From assembly GCF_006345805.1 (NCBI RefSeq), contig NC_043003.1, forward strand, positions 66,774,001 to 66,838,000: a stretch of DNA of 64,000 nt, written 5' to 3'. The notes beneath the pieces were generated by a model that was not told the DNA's origin, did no database searches, and saw only the letters and a list, made by a program, of their open reading frames with translations. A program made the translations under genes and the position numbers. Positions 25,262-37,160 of this stretch are shown one piece after another (position 1 is the stretch's first letter; the number at the start of each line of letters is the position of its first letter). The DNA is from Octopus sinensis. Its lineage: Eukaryota.

Positions 25262-25596
25262 CATACATGCATATATTTAATGCACTATGTAAATTCTACA
25301 CGAATACATGTATGTATACATACACACAGTATATATATAGATTGCATAAAAACAGCATGTAAAAACAGGCATTCAACACAATAGATAACAATAAGTTCTC
25401 CGATATTTTATTGTTATTATCCTACGAATATTTTTTTTCTAACAACGCCTGCCAAATTTTCGCTCTTTTCTTTATTTCTTCAGAGAATACGTAACAAATT
25501 CTAAAATTGTAAAATTCATGTTTTCATTTCTTTTGTTATTTACCAGTCTTATATTGTCCGAACATACAAAAGCATGTATATATATATATAATATAT

Positions 25597-25686
<90 letters not shown>

Positions 25687-26081
25687 GATATATGTGTATA
25701 TATGTATTTATATATAAAATTGTGTGTGGGAACTTGTGTGTGGGTTGTATGTATATATCCCTATTAGTTTAATCATCTTTTTTTCTATATTTTATATTTA
25801 TATTATTTATCTGTTTATTATGTATTTGTTAGGTTTTTATCGTTTTCACTTATTTCGATAAGAATGAGGAATGATATCATGGAGAGATATTTACATTAAT
25901 TATTGATAGACGCCATATCTTTTTATGAACAAAGGAAAGATAAATATATATAAAAATTGATATACTTCTCCCTACACATCATTATATATATATAAAATGT
26001 ATATATATATATAAGCATATATATATGTGCATATATACATGTTTGCATATATATGCAATGCGTATATGTCAGTATATATTA

Positions 26082-26116
<35 letters not shown>

Positions 26117-26950
26117 CTATGTATGTATGCATGTATGTGTATAGGTATATTAAATATGTGTATGTGTGTCTATATGTAAATATATGTATGTATATATGTA
26201 TATATATGTATGTATGTGCGTATGTGTGTATATATATATATCTGTATGTATGTATATTTGTATGTATATAAAATAGTTTGAACAAAAGACAGCAGACAAA
26301 AGAATGATGACAATATAGAAAATGGTTGCGCTCCGTCACCTGAACAAGTAAGTTACAGATGGCTGTGTTAGAGGACTAAAGATCTATTTAATGTTCCTGT
26401 CATTAAAACGACGCTCTTTCATTAAAGGTGAAGACTGGCCTATTGTGAGGTAATTTTAATAGTTGAGGTTTGACAGCAGCATAGGGGCAAATATTTTCGA
26501 CAGCTAAAACGTGACGGCACCGATACAATAAAAGACATCGTGTACATTTTACACGCAATCACACACACGCACAGTTACATGCATAAAGGCAAATCCACAG
26601 ATATACTTAACCACGTGAGAATTATCATAATATGTGCGTGCACACTCACACAAGCACTAACAATACCAAAGAAACTTCCGTTACCTCCACCGTCACCGCT
26701 ACAACCATCACCACCATCAGCGACAAAAACACTTCCAGAATTGTCGCAAAAGCTATTAAAGGAAACGGCAATAAGAACGTCAACGAAGTCATCATCACAG
26801 CCAAAAGACAGGCACTGAATTCAAATTTGAAGCAATAATTTTGTGATGATAATAATTATGATTTTGTTTATTGGCCACAAGAACCAAAGACATGGAGGAT
26901 AATTTCGAAGGACGAGTTACGGCACACAATAATATGATGATAATAATAAC

Positions 26951-27003
<53 letters not shown>

Positions 27004-27005
27004 TA

Positions 27006-27181
27006 GTACGTGGAACAAATAGGGACTGCAATAAGGGTGGAGTACATGCAGAAAACAGCACTGCTTGGAACAGCTCGAATACTCAAGAAGGTACTCGAAA
27101 AATAAGAGGTGTTACCTTAGTTCACTGGTAGTGAACAGCTGTCTCTATAGTACATCTCCGGGGTTAGAAGCTGTGCAAACG
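27006..27181 (+). mobile_element. 5'-truncated R4/Dong-type 3' end in (TAA)n
   Basis: VEYMQKTALLGTARILKKVLEK* plus 3'UTR similar to 44720-44892. TAA tracts on both sides. Confidence 0.85.
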
Positions 27182-27216
27182 TAATGAATAATAGTAATAA
27201 TAATAATAATAATGAC

Positions 27217-27247
<31 letters not shown>

Positions 27248-27248
<1 letters not shown>

Positions 27249-27796
27249 CGATGCAGTACCAGGCAGTGGCTCTCATGGCTTCTGATCTTAACTGATTGGA
27301 AGTGTTATCATGTACATTGTTTTGTCTTGGTATAAAAGATGGGCTACAGCAAATATTCTGCTCAATACCACAGATTTGCTTGTCAGTTGTTTGACCTTAA
27401 CCAGTTGAGCATGTCCCTTACTGGCTGACGATATGTGCATCTCTGATCAGGAGCAGAAGTAGTGGGGGAGCATCATAGCCATGTGTTGAGAAGGATTCTT
27501 TGGGGTTTGAATAATTCACCTCTGGAAACATGGGTGTTTCGTTCAACGTCCTTAACAACCCTTATTCAGGACCTTTTGAGCGCGATGGGTTACTCGATCT
27601 GAAGAAAATTCTAACTGGGCTCCACCTGCAAGGTCATGTGCTGTTTATCTTGATATGAGATCACCATGTCGCGCACATATGGTTGTGATGCATGTGCCTG
27701 GTGTACCTTTATCAGACGGGTAGTCATGATGGGTATACTGGGCTTCATATATTTTACCCCAGTGTCACTTTGATGGCATGCTCTGCTCGCTCACTC
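27248..27796 (+). mobile_element. Longest copy (~550 nt) of TAA-associated element E
   Basis: Flanked by (AAT)n. Matches 13705-14164 and 28094-28375. Confidence 0.85.
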
Positions 27797-27821
27797 AATA
27801 ATAACAATAATAATAATAATA

Positions 27822-28090
27822 AAACGCATAACAGTCCGGCCTAGTGGTAGTCGACAAGTTGCACCACCTATGCTATATAGTTGACGTTGCATGCCCCTTT
27901 GACCCACGAATAGCCAAGAAGGAAGGTGAAAAGATAGATAAATACAACCCTTTTAAATACGAAATAGCCCGGTTATGGAGCATGAAGAAGGTGAAGATTT
28001 GAGAACAGCATCATAAGGCAACAAAAAAAATTTCAAGGAAATTGGAATGTGCCCAGTAGAACTGTTAGAAAAGTTTTACCTCCTTGGCAG
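27822..28090 (+). pseudogene. R4/Dong-type REL endonuclease fragment
   Basis: LVVVDKLHHLCYIVDVACPFDPRIAKKEGEKIDKY...YEIARLWSMKKVKI. Confidence 0.7.
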
Positions 28091-28093
28091 AAT

Positions 28094-28375
28094 TGGGGGA
28101 GCATCATAGCCGTATACTGAGAGGAAGTCTTTGGGGTTTGGCTAATTCACCTTTGGTAACATGGGTGTTTCGTTCAGCATCCTTAAACAACCCTTTTGAG
28201 CGAGATGGACTACTTGACCTGAAGAAAATTCTAACTGGGCCCCACTTGCAAGGTCATGGACTGCTAATCTTGATATGAGATCACCATGTCGCGCACATAT
28301 GGTTGTGATGCATGTGCCTGGTGTACGCTTATTAGACGGGTAGTCACTTTCATTGCCTGTGCTGCTCTCTCACTC
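28094..28375 (+). mobile_element. Diverged partial copy of element E
   Basis: Homologous to 27465-27796. Ends CTCTCTCACTC(AAT)n. Confidence 0.85.
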
Positions 28376-28429
<54 letters not shown>

Positions 28430-28623
28430 CCTTGAAATTTTGGGTGAGGCGGATAGTCGATTAGATCGACTCCACTACGCAAATGGTATTTAATTTATCG
28501 ATGCCGAAAGGGTAAAAGCCAAATTCAACCTCGGCGGAATTTGAACTCAGGACGTAGCGGCAGACGCAATGCCGCTAAGCATTTCGCTCGGCGTGCTAAC
28601 GATTCTGTCAGCTCACTGCCTTA
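28430..28623 (-). mobile_element. SINE family A
   Basis: Head, B-box and core in reverse. Confidence 0.8.
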
Positions 28624-29059
28624 ACAACAAGACTGATAATAATATGATATAAACATGTAAAATATATTTTTAAAATATGGTAAGAATCACTGGAATGCAG
28701 AAAAGTGTAAATATAAATTATATAAATATAACTGGCTACATTTATGTATATCTATGGGTCTGTAGTGAGAATAATGTTAGATGGGGTATAACCATCTAAA
28801 ATGGCCGAGGAAAGTAAATATAGGCACAGAGTGAAAATATAAGTCATCATTAGCACTGCTAGTATCATCATTCATAATGCCATCGTTATCATCGTCATCA
28901 TCATTATCAACTTCATCTTTATCCATGTTACGTATTGTCTTTATCCTCATCATCTTTATCATCATCATTATTTTTTTTTAAATAATGATAAATATAAAAA
29001 AATCATTATCATTTCAATTATTCTTATTGCCGTTCTCCTTGTTATTATCATTCTTCCAC

Positions 29060-29280
29060 TTCTTAGTTCTCTTCTTCTTTTTCTTCTTCTTCTTTTTCTT
29101 CTTCTTCTTCTTCTTCTTCTTCTTCTTCTTCTTCTTCTTCTTCTTCTGCTTCTTCTTCTTTTTCTTCTTCTTCTTCTCCTTCTTCTTTTCTTCTTCTTCT
29201 TCTTCTTCTTCTTCTTCTTCTTCTTCTTTTTCTTCTTCTTCTTCTTCTTCTTCTTCTTCTTCTTCTTCTCCTTCTTCCCC
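29060..29280. repeat. (TTC)n microsatellite
   Basis: Direct inspection. Confidence 0.95.
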
Positions 29281-29649
29281 CTCTCTTCCATCCTCTTCAT
29301 TGTATTATTATTGGTATTGTTATTATTATTGTTACTATTATTAATCGCTATATTTGTATAAGTAATAATTGCTATAAAATAACGAGCTACAATAACAAAC
29401 TACAATTGTTTTTTGTTGTCCTAACCATTAGCATTGTTGTTGTCCGGTCCTCCCCCTCCTCTTCCTCCTCCTCATCATCATCATCATCAACATCATCATC
29501 AGTATCAATATTATTGGTAACATCATTATAATTTTAAATTATGCAATTCCTGCATTATATTTATTTGCGTTGCCAGCATAAAACTATTCCTATTATTTGC
29601 TGGGACTCTGACATGGAGATAAAAAGAAGGGAAGACTCCATTGTCACGT

Positions 29650-29688
<39 letters not shown>

Positions 29689-29828
29689 GAAATTAGGTAC
29701 TCAGACATTCGGATGGTTTTATATTTACAGATATTTATTTGTATATTACATGTTTTTATACATCATATATCATATCATATATGATATACCTGTAAATATA
29801 TCATTGGTCTTTAACTGTATTACTCGTT

Positions 29829-29864
<36 letters not shown>

Positions 29865-30015
29865 ATATATAACTTACATGGAGGATAAGAAACGAACCGA
29901 TGCCAGGCGCTCAGTCATATAATAACATTTTAACAAATAAAACATATGCATGCATACATATATATGTACATACCTACATCTCTATGTATATATACATGCA
30001 TATATATATATATAT

Positions 30016-30063
<48 letters not shown>

Positions 30064-30281
30064 TCAATATAGGGTGCCAAAAAAAATTTTGTAGAATTTT
30101 TTTGCCACCAGCGGCCTAGTGGGAAAAAATTAAATAGTCATAGACCATTTTTAAGTTCAACATCAACAATCAAGGAACGGCCATAATAGGCCATTCACCC
30201 ACTAGAAAACAGCCAAAGCTTCAACCGCAAATAAAAATCATTCCGTAAACAGGAGAAAATTTAAAAAACATTTACCCTGTA

Positions 30282-30386
30282 ATTTCTTATACGATGCACC
30301 GTTTCATCTGCTGTTTATGGTAAACTAACCTGATTAAATTAAATCAAGCCAATCTTCCATAGGCCCTCAGATTCTCAGTAAGAAAT
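30282..30386 (-). ncRNA. Type I hammerhead ribozyme, copy 1 (core reads CTGAGA, 1-nt deletion)
   Basis: Stem I ATTTCTTA/TAAGAAAT, stem II ATCTG/CAGAT, GAAAC...GTA cleavage triplet. Confidence 0.55.
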
Positions 30387-30768
30387 AGCCCAAGTCGGAA
30401 CAGATATTTTCACGAGGCATTTCCACCCTGCCAAGGTAATATCTGACCTAAAATTTTCAAATCATCGCACTCGCGCCAATTTATCGGCAGCAAATAAATA
30501 TAAGCCGTCGATTCCATTACGGAATTAACCAGAAAATTCATAATTAATCAATATAGGGTGGCCAAAAAAAAAAAATTTTGTAGAATTTTTTTGCCACCAG
30601 CGGCCTAGTGGGAAAAATTAAATAGTCATAGACCATTTTTAAGTTCAACATCAACAATCAGGAACGGCCATAATAGGCCATTCACCCTAGAAATACAGCC
30701 AAAGCTTCAACCGCAAATAAAAATCAATTCCGTAAACAGGAGAAAATTTAAAAAACATTTACCCTGTA

Positions 30769-30875
30769 ATTTCTTATACGATGCACCGTTTCATCTGCTG
30801 TTTATGGTAAACTAACCTGATTAAATTAAATCAAGCCAATCTTCCATAGGCCCTCAGGATTCTTCAGTAAGAAAT
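30769..30875 (-). ncRNA. Type I hammerhead ribozyme, copy 2 (intact core CTGAAGA)
   Basis: 8-bp perfect stem I, stem II with one extra C, near-palindromic stem III ACGGTGCATCGT, GTA site. Confidence 0.7.
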
Positions 30876-31067
30876 AGCCCAAGTCGGAACAGATATTTTC
30901 ACGAGGCATTTCCACCCTGCCAAGGTAATTCTGACCTAAAATTTTCAAATCATCGCATGCGATGATTTGAAAATTTTGAAAATTTTGAAAATTTTGAAAA
31001 TTTTAGGTCAGATATTACCTTGGCAGGTTGGAAATGCCTCGTGAAAATATCTGTTCCGACTTGGGCT

Positions 31068-31174
31068 ATTTCTCACTGAAGAATCTGAGGGCCTATGGAA
31101 GATTGGCTTGATTTAATTTAATCAGGTTAGTTTACCATTAAACAGCAGATGAAACGGTGCATCGTATAAGAAAT
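31068..31174 (+). ncRNA. Type I hammerhead ribozyme, copy 3
   Basis: ATTTCTCA-CTGAAGA-ATCTG-(58 nt)-CAGAT-GAAA-CGGTGCATCG-TA^TAAGAAAT. One mismatch in stem I. Predicted cleavage after 31166. Confidence 0.7.
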
Positions 31175-31335
31175 TACAGGGTAAATTTTTTTAAATTTCT
31201 CCTGTTTACGGAATTGATTTTTATTTGCGGTTGAAGCTTGGCTGTTATTTCTAGTGGGTGAATGGCCTATTATGGCCGTTCCTTGATTGTTGATATATAT
31301 ATATAATATATATATATATATATTATATCTTATGA

Positions 31336-31880
31336 TCTTATGATAAAAGGCAGATTTTCTCTGCCTCCCAAACCGTTCGTTTTTTTATACAATTGTACAA
31401 TATAGAATTTCTTCAATTGGAATTTACCTACGATTTTTACAAGTAGATACGATTGGGTCATGGCATGTAAAGTTTTTTTCTATTTGACCTCCAATTAAGC
31501 AAAAATTCGAGAAAAGTAAATATTTTACGATTTGCCTCTCTAATTTCAACTGCTTCACTCCTTCCATTACCACTACACTTTCTCCTCCTTTCTCTTTGTA
31601 AGTGTGCGACAATTAAAGTGAAAGTATTTATATCTCAAAAAAAAAAATACAGAGCAAACAGAAACAAATAAATACATAACGATTTACTACTCACACAATT
31701 TCTTCAATTGGAGTTTACCTATGATTTTCCCAAGTACATCCATTCGGTCATGGCATATAAATTTCTTTCAATTTCACCCCCAATTAAGCAAAAATTCCAG
31801 AAAACTCAATATTTTACGATTTCCCTCTCTCACTTCAAAGGCTTTACTCCGCCTATTACTCCCACTTCCTCTTTACACAC
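31336..31880 (+). mobile_element. Probable non-autonomous Helitron-type 5' region with internal ~300-bp diverged duplication
   Basis: Starts A^TCTTATGATAAAAGGCAG (TC terminus). 31405-31560 resembles 31697-31850. Family assignment is from recall only. Confidence 0.35.
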
Positions 31881-32264
31881 ATAGACACGTAAACATATAC
31901 ATATATGACGGTGTCAATTGTTGAAAGAAAATTGTAAGCTAAGGTGTATGTGTGTGTGTGTGCGTGTGTGTGTGTGGGAGTGTGTGTGTGTGTGTGTGCG
32001 TGTGTAACAGGGATGAGCCATTAATAGAGGTCATCCTTTTTGCTAGAGGAAGATCCGCTATGGTCTTATATGCTACACCACTGGTTTTCAATTCATATTA
32101 ATCAAATTAATATTCAATTTTTCACCCTTATTATGTGTGTGTGTGTATTAGCAATTCGTATAAAATTGCATCAATGACTTGAACTTGAATAAGTGGTTTC
32201 ACATAAATGGGGATAAATTAAAAAGGTTTGTTGTTATTATTATTACTGTTTGATTCTGTTCTTG

Positions 32265-32836
32265 ATTCGACGGTCATTCGGAATGCTCACAGCAGCCATA
32301 TTCTTACCACTCTATGTCACACTGGTGAGACCCATATTGGAGTATGGGATTCAAGCCTCTTCTCCTTATCTCCTCAAAGACATAAAGCATCTCGAAAGAG
32401 TCCAGAAGCTGGCTACCCGCATGGTTCATGGTCTCAAAAATTTGTCCTACGAAGAAAGGCTGAGGACGCTCGACCTTTATTCTCTTGAAAATCGCCGCCG
32501 CCGTGGTGATCTCATTCTCGCCCACAACATCATAAGCGGAAAGTGTAACCTCTCGAAAGAGCTGTTCTTCACTCCTGCCAGAGCGTCGGCTGCGGGGTCA
32601 TTCCGAAAAGCTCTACCTGCGACGATTTCATCTCAATCGAAGGAGAGGAGCTTTCTTCTCCGTCCGGGTTGCGGATCCGTGGAACAAGCTGCCAAACGAG
32701 ATGGTGAAGATGCCGACGACCGCTTTGTTCAAAGCCTCCCTGGACCTCAAGTGGCCTGAACTCTTTACATGAACACCACCCTGTACTTAACTCCATGTCC
32801 CCCTACATGGCCTTGCTATTTGCTTTTGAGCCAAAT

Positions 32837-32864
<28 letters not shown>
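32265..32864 (+). mobile_element. 5'-truncated CR1-type LINE 3' end with (TAAC)n tail
   Basis: LYVTLVRPILEYGIQASSPYLLKDIKHLERVQKLATRMV...YEERLRTLDLYSLENRRRRGDLI, then frameshifted RLRGHSEKL...PWNKLP. TAAC tail at 32837-32864. Confidence 0.9.
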
Positions 32865-32867
<3 letters not shown>

Positions 32868-33062
32868 TGTAATCACGTTTGTTGGTTCCTCACCAGGGAA
32901 ACGTTGTTGTGTTGCATTTGTTAAATAATTGTAAACCGTAACCCTCCCCCTTTTGGAGAAGGGGCTTTGGTTATTGTTTCAAAATTGAATTGTGTCCCTG
33001 TTTGGGGAAATTGACAATATTTTCACCGTCTTTACGGAAGCATTTTTGTTAAAATGCCTTTG

Positions 33063-34154
33063 GGAGGATTTTTTTCCTGGACGCTCCTGGGGGCAATGGG
33101 AAAACTTTTGTCAACAAATTAATATTGGCTGAGATTATGCGAACACAAGGCATTGCCTTAGCTGTGGCATCATCTGGAATTGCGGCTACTTTGTTGCCAG
33201 GCGGCAGGACAGCTCACTCCACTTTCAAGCTTCCGCTTCACTTAGCGAAGACTGACACACCAACTTGCAACATCAGTAACAGCTCCGATCAAGCAGAAGT
33301 CTTCAGACGATGCAAGCTTATCGTTTGGGATGAATGCACGATGGCCCACTGACGTGCTCTTGAGGCACTAGATAGATCTCTCAGAGACATCAAACACTCT
33401 TCAGCTCCCATGGGAGGCATAGCACTTCTTCTTTCAGGGGACTTCCGACAAACACTTCCCGTTATTCCCAAAGGGACTAGAGCTGATGCAGTAAGTGCGT
33501 GTCTTAAGTCATCCACATTGTGGCCACTGGTGAAGACTCTCAAACTTCACACCAATATGCATGCTCATATGCGACGTAATATCACATCAGCAACATTTTC
33601 TCACACCCTCCCTGCACTTGGCGAAGGCAAAATACCAGGGGATGAAAATGGTAATATTGCCATCGATTCCATTTGTACCATTGTTAAAACGCCTTCTGAT
33701 CTCAGAGATGCAGTGTTCCCAGATCTACAAGCTAATTATCAGAATATGGATTGGATTGGCCAAAGGGCTATTCTGGCCCCGAGGAATAAAACTGTTCACC
33801 ATATTAATGATGAAATGCTAAAACTCATTCCTGGGGAAGGCTATGTATATAAGTCTATCGATACAACTCCTGACCCAGAGGACGTCATCAACTATCAAAT
33901 AGAGGTACTCAATTCCTTTGAGCACCCCGGACTACCACCACACATTCTCAAACTTAAAGTTGGTGCCCCTATAATGCTCATTAGAAATTTGGTTCCCCCC
34001 AAACAATGCAATGGCACACGTTTGATCGTTAAGTCCTTATCTCCCACCGTAAACTTATATCAATATTTGCCTGAATAATCATCATAATTCAGTGCAATCA
34101 TTAACAGTACTTTCAAGCAATTCAGCCCCGAGCATCGCCGGGAAATTCTGCTAG
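33063..34154 (+). mobile_element. Helitron fragment: PIF1-family helicase relic plus 3' terminus
   Basis: FFLDAPGGNGKTF (Walker A), AVASSGIAATLL, IVWDECTM, GDFRQTLPV, LKVGAPIMLIRNL...CNGTRL. One in-frame stop at about 33349. Terminal hairpin CCCG...CGGG followed by CTAG^T at 34151-34155. Confidence 0.9.
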
Positions 34155-34235
34155 TATATATATATATATGAGTACAGGACACCACAAATAAACGTAGAAC
34201 ACAACGAGAAACGAAAACATAAACACAACCAAGGA

Positions 34236-34450
<215 letters not shown>

Positions 34451-34457
34451 AATATCT

Positions 34458-34736
34458 GGAGGCGCAATGGCCTAGTGGTCAGGGCAGCGGACTTTCGGTT
34501 ATAGGATCGCGGTTTCGATTCTCAGACCGAGCGTTGTGAGTGTTTATTGAGCGAAAACATCTAAAATCCACGAGGCTCCGGCAGTACTCTTTCTCCGCAA
34601 CTTTCTCTCACTCTTTCTTCCGTTGGCCTGCTCGCTTAGCCAGCGGGGTGGCGTCATTTGAAGGCTAGAACAGTACGAAGCGCATTGTGACCAGTGATGT
34701 GTAGCAAGATCTGATAGCCTGGTAGGTCACGGTGAT
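34458..34736 (+). mobile_element. SINE family C
   Basis: GGAGGCGCAATGGCCTAGTGG...GGTTTCGATTCTC tRNA-like head. Body matches 11425-11717. Confidence 0.9.
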
Positions 34737-35243
34737 ACACACACACACACATTACATGCTCCTTTCAGTTTCCGTCTTCCAAATCCACTTCTAATCCTTT
34801 TGTCATCACCCCCACGACCACCACCACCATCTCGTGTCCGAAATGCGACTTTGTGGGACTGAACCCAGAACTATTTCGAATTTATGTTTTAATAAAGCTG
34901 CTTTAATTCTTGGTAGCGGAATACAAAGTGACGGAACTCTTACAGCGTTGGCGAAAAGGCCTTAATTGTGGTATCTGTTTTGTTCGTCATGGTTTAAGCG
35001 TTCAAATCAGACTGCTACTCTTGATCTGATATTAGAGTACCAACCAGGGACTGACATCGATTTTTTGTTCGTTCTTCCTTCCTTCTTTCCTTCCTTCCTT
35101 TCTGTCTCTCTTTCTTTCCATCTTCCTTTATTTCCTTTCTTCTTCCTCTTTTTTAGTTTCTTTCATTTCTTTTCTTTCAATCTTGTGTTTTTTCTTTCTC
35201 TTCTCACCTCTTTTACTTCTCTCTTTCTGACTCTCTTTTCATT

Positions 35244-35287
<44 letters not shown>

Positions 35288-35370
35288 TCGTCTGTGCCTT
35301 TCTTTACACTCCTTTTGCTCTCTACCTTTCTTTTGTTTCCTTTCCTTTTCTTTCTTCCTGTCTTTCTACA

Positions 35371-35451
<81 letters not shown>

Positions 35452-36059
35452 ACTGCTACTGCTACTGCTGCTGCCACCACTACCACCACCACTTTTGCGG
35501 CTGCTTCCAATGCACATTTTGTAGCAGTAGTAGTAGTAGTAGCAGCAGTATTATCATTAGTAGTAGTTGTGTTACTGGTGGTAGTGGTGGTGGTGGCGTC
35601 TCAGCTGGTGTTTCAATGCAGATTAAAAGGCTTGTAAAATAATATACCATTATTGTAGGATTGCTGAGTCTTTGCAGAACGTCTCAATGTTCCCAAGTGT
35701 CCCCTCTCTCTTGGACGGCATTACAGCAATGAGGTTGGAAATGGAGGCTGGATGCAAGATATATCAGACATGTTGTTATCGCTGTTATCCAGCCTCATCT
35801 ACGCCACATGCAACCAATGATCCCATTCTACATCTTCACTTCCCTTTTATCACGCCTTACTCCTCCACCACCACCACATCCATCATTATTAAAAATATCG
35901 TCTGCGCAACCACCAATCCCACCACCACCAACAACGCTACCATCACTATCAATGCCACCACTCTTGGCATCAACACTACTGTCGCCATACTAATGCCATG
36001 ACCATCGCATCGAAACCCACCATCACCACTACTAACGATCCCTTCAACGGACACCACCT

Positions 36060-36405
36060 TGTGTAGTCATCCTCTCTTTACTTTCGTTATCATCATCATC
36101 ACTACCCACCACCACCACCACCATCACCACCGTCATCACCATCACCATCACTCCCACCATCAATTCCATCCCCACCGTCACTACCACCACCATCACAATC
36201 ACCTCAACAACCACCACCACCACCACCATCATCACTACCACCGCCACCATTATCACCACTAGCATCACCATCACCACCCTCACCACAGCCATCATCACCA
36301 TTATCATCATCACCACCACCATCACCACAAACACCATCATTACCACAACCACCATCACCGTCACCACAACCACCATCATCACCACCACCACGACCACCAC
36401 CATTT
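36060..36405. repeat. (CAC/CAT)n degenerate microsatellite
   Basis: Direct inspection. Confidence 0.9.
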
Positions 36406-36434
36406 TGATTTTCAAATATTATCACAGTGCAAGG

Positions 36435-36600
36435 TAGCAGTCTGGCAGAAACGTTAGCACGCCGGACAAACTACTTAGCGACATTTCGTCTGCCTTTACG
36501 TTCTGAGTTCAAATTCCACCAAGGTTAACTTTACCTTTCGTCCTTTCGAGATCGATAAAATAAGCACCAGTTGGACACTGGAGTCGATGTTATCGACAAA
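36435..36600 (+). mobile_element. SINE family A
   Basis: Head, B-box and core. Confidence 0.8.
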
Positions 36601-36761
36601 CGTCCGCCCTCAGGTACAACAGAAACAGGTAGAAAGAGTAAGAGAAAGTTGTGGTGAAAGAGTACAGCATGGTTCACCCCCACCCCGCAGCCGGAGCCTT
36701 ATGGAGCTTTAGATATTTTCGCTCAATAAACACTCACAACACCCGGTCTGGTGTCGCACAA

Positions 36762-36880
36762 TCGGAAATTTCCAGGAAATATCAGCCCTCGGAATTTTCC
36801 AGGACGTCTAACCCTCGGAACTTTCCAGGAAGAGCTCGGAATTTTCCAGGAAGTCTCATCCTCGGAACTTTCCGGGACAT
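36762..36880. repeat. Five copies of TCGGAA(A/T/C)TTTCC(A/G)GGA with variable spacers
   Basis: Units start at 36762, 36789, 36815, 36836 and 36862. Confidence 0.9.
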
Positions 36881-36894
36881 TTTAAATCCTGGTA

Positions 36895-37160
36895 CTTATT
36901 CCATTAGTCTCTGCTGTTGAACTGCTAATTTACAGGGACGTAAACACACTAACACTGGTTGTCAAACCGTAGTGGGGGACAAACACACACACACACATGC
37001 CAGGCTTCTTTTCAGTTTCCGTCTACCCAATCCACTCACAAGGCTTTGGTCGGCCCGATGCTATATTAGAAGACACTTGCCCAAGGTGCCACGCAGTGGG
37101 ACAGGATTCGAAACCATGTGTTGAGAAAGCAAGTTTCTTACCACACAGTCACGCCTGCAC
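36895..37160 (-). mobile_element. SINE family B
   Basis: Matches the family B head and body in reverse. Confidence 0.85.

Larger units (their letters stand above)
30057..31294. mobile_element. Tandem plus fold-back array of a ~484-nt non-coding hammerhead-bearing repeat (retrozyme/PLE-LTR-like, locus 2)
   Basis: Unit 30057-30540 repeats from 30541. A spacerless palindrome is centred at 30957/30958 (arms 30650-30957 and 30958-31294). Flanked by (TA)n. Confidence 0.8.

Noticed and set aside
26330-26355. Donor AA|GTAAGT after MVALRHLNK
   Set aside because: It is an isolated signal with no supporting acceptor, homology or linked exon.
33063-34078. Host PIF1 helicase gene
   Set aside because: It is intronless and truncated, has an in-frame stop, and ends in a Helitron hairpin+CTAG terminus.
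34458-34530. tRNA gene
   Set aside because: tRNA-like A and B boxes run straight into a SINE body. There is no complete cloverleaf or poly-T terminator. The same applies to the other SINE heads.
35743-35795. miRNA-like hairpin closed by GAGGCTGGAT/ATCCAGCCTC
   Set aside because: Only 10 bp pair cleanly; the rest does not form a continuous stem.
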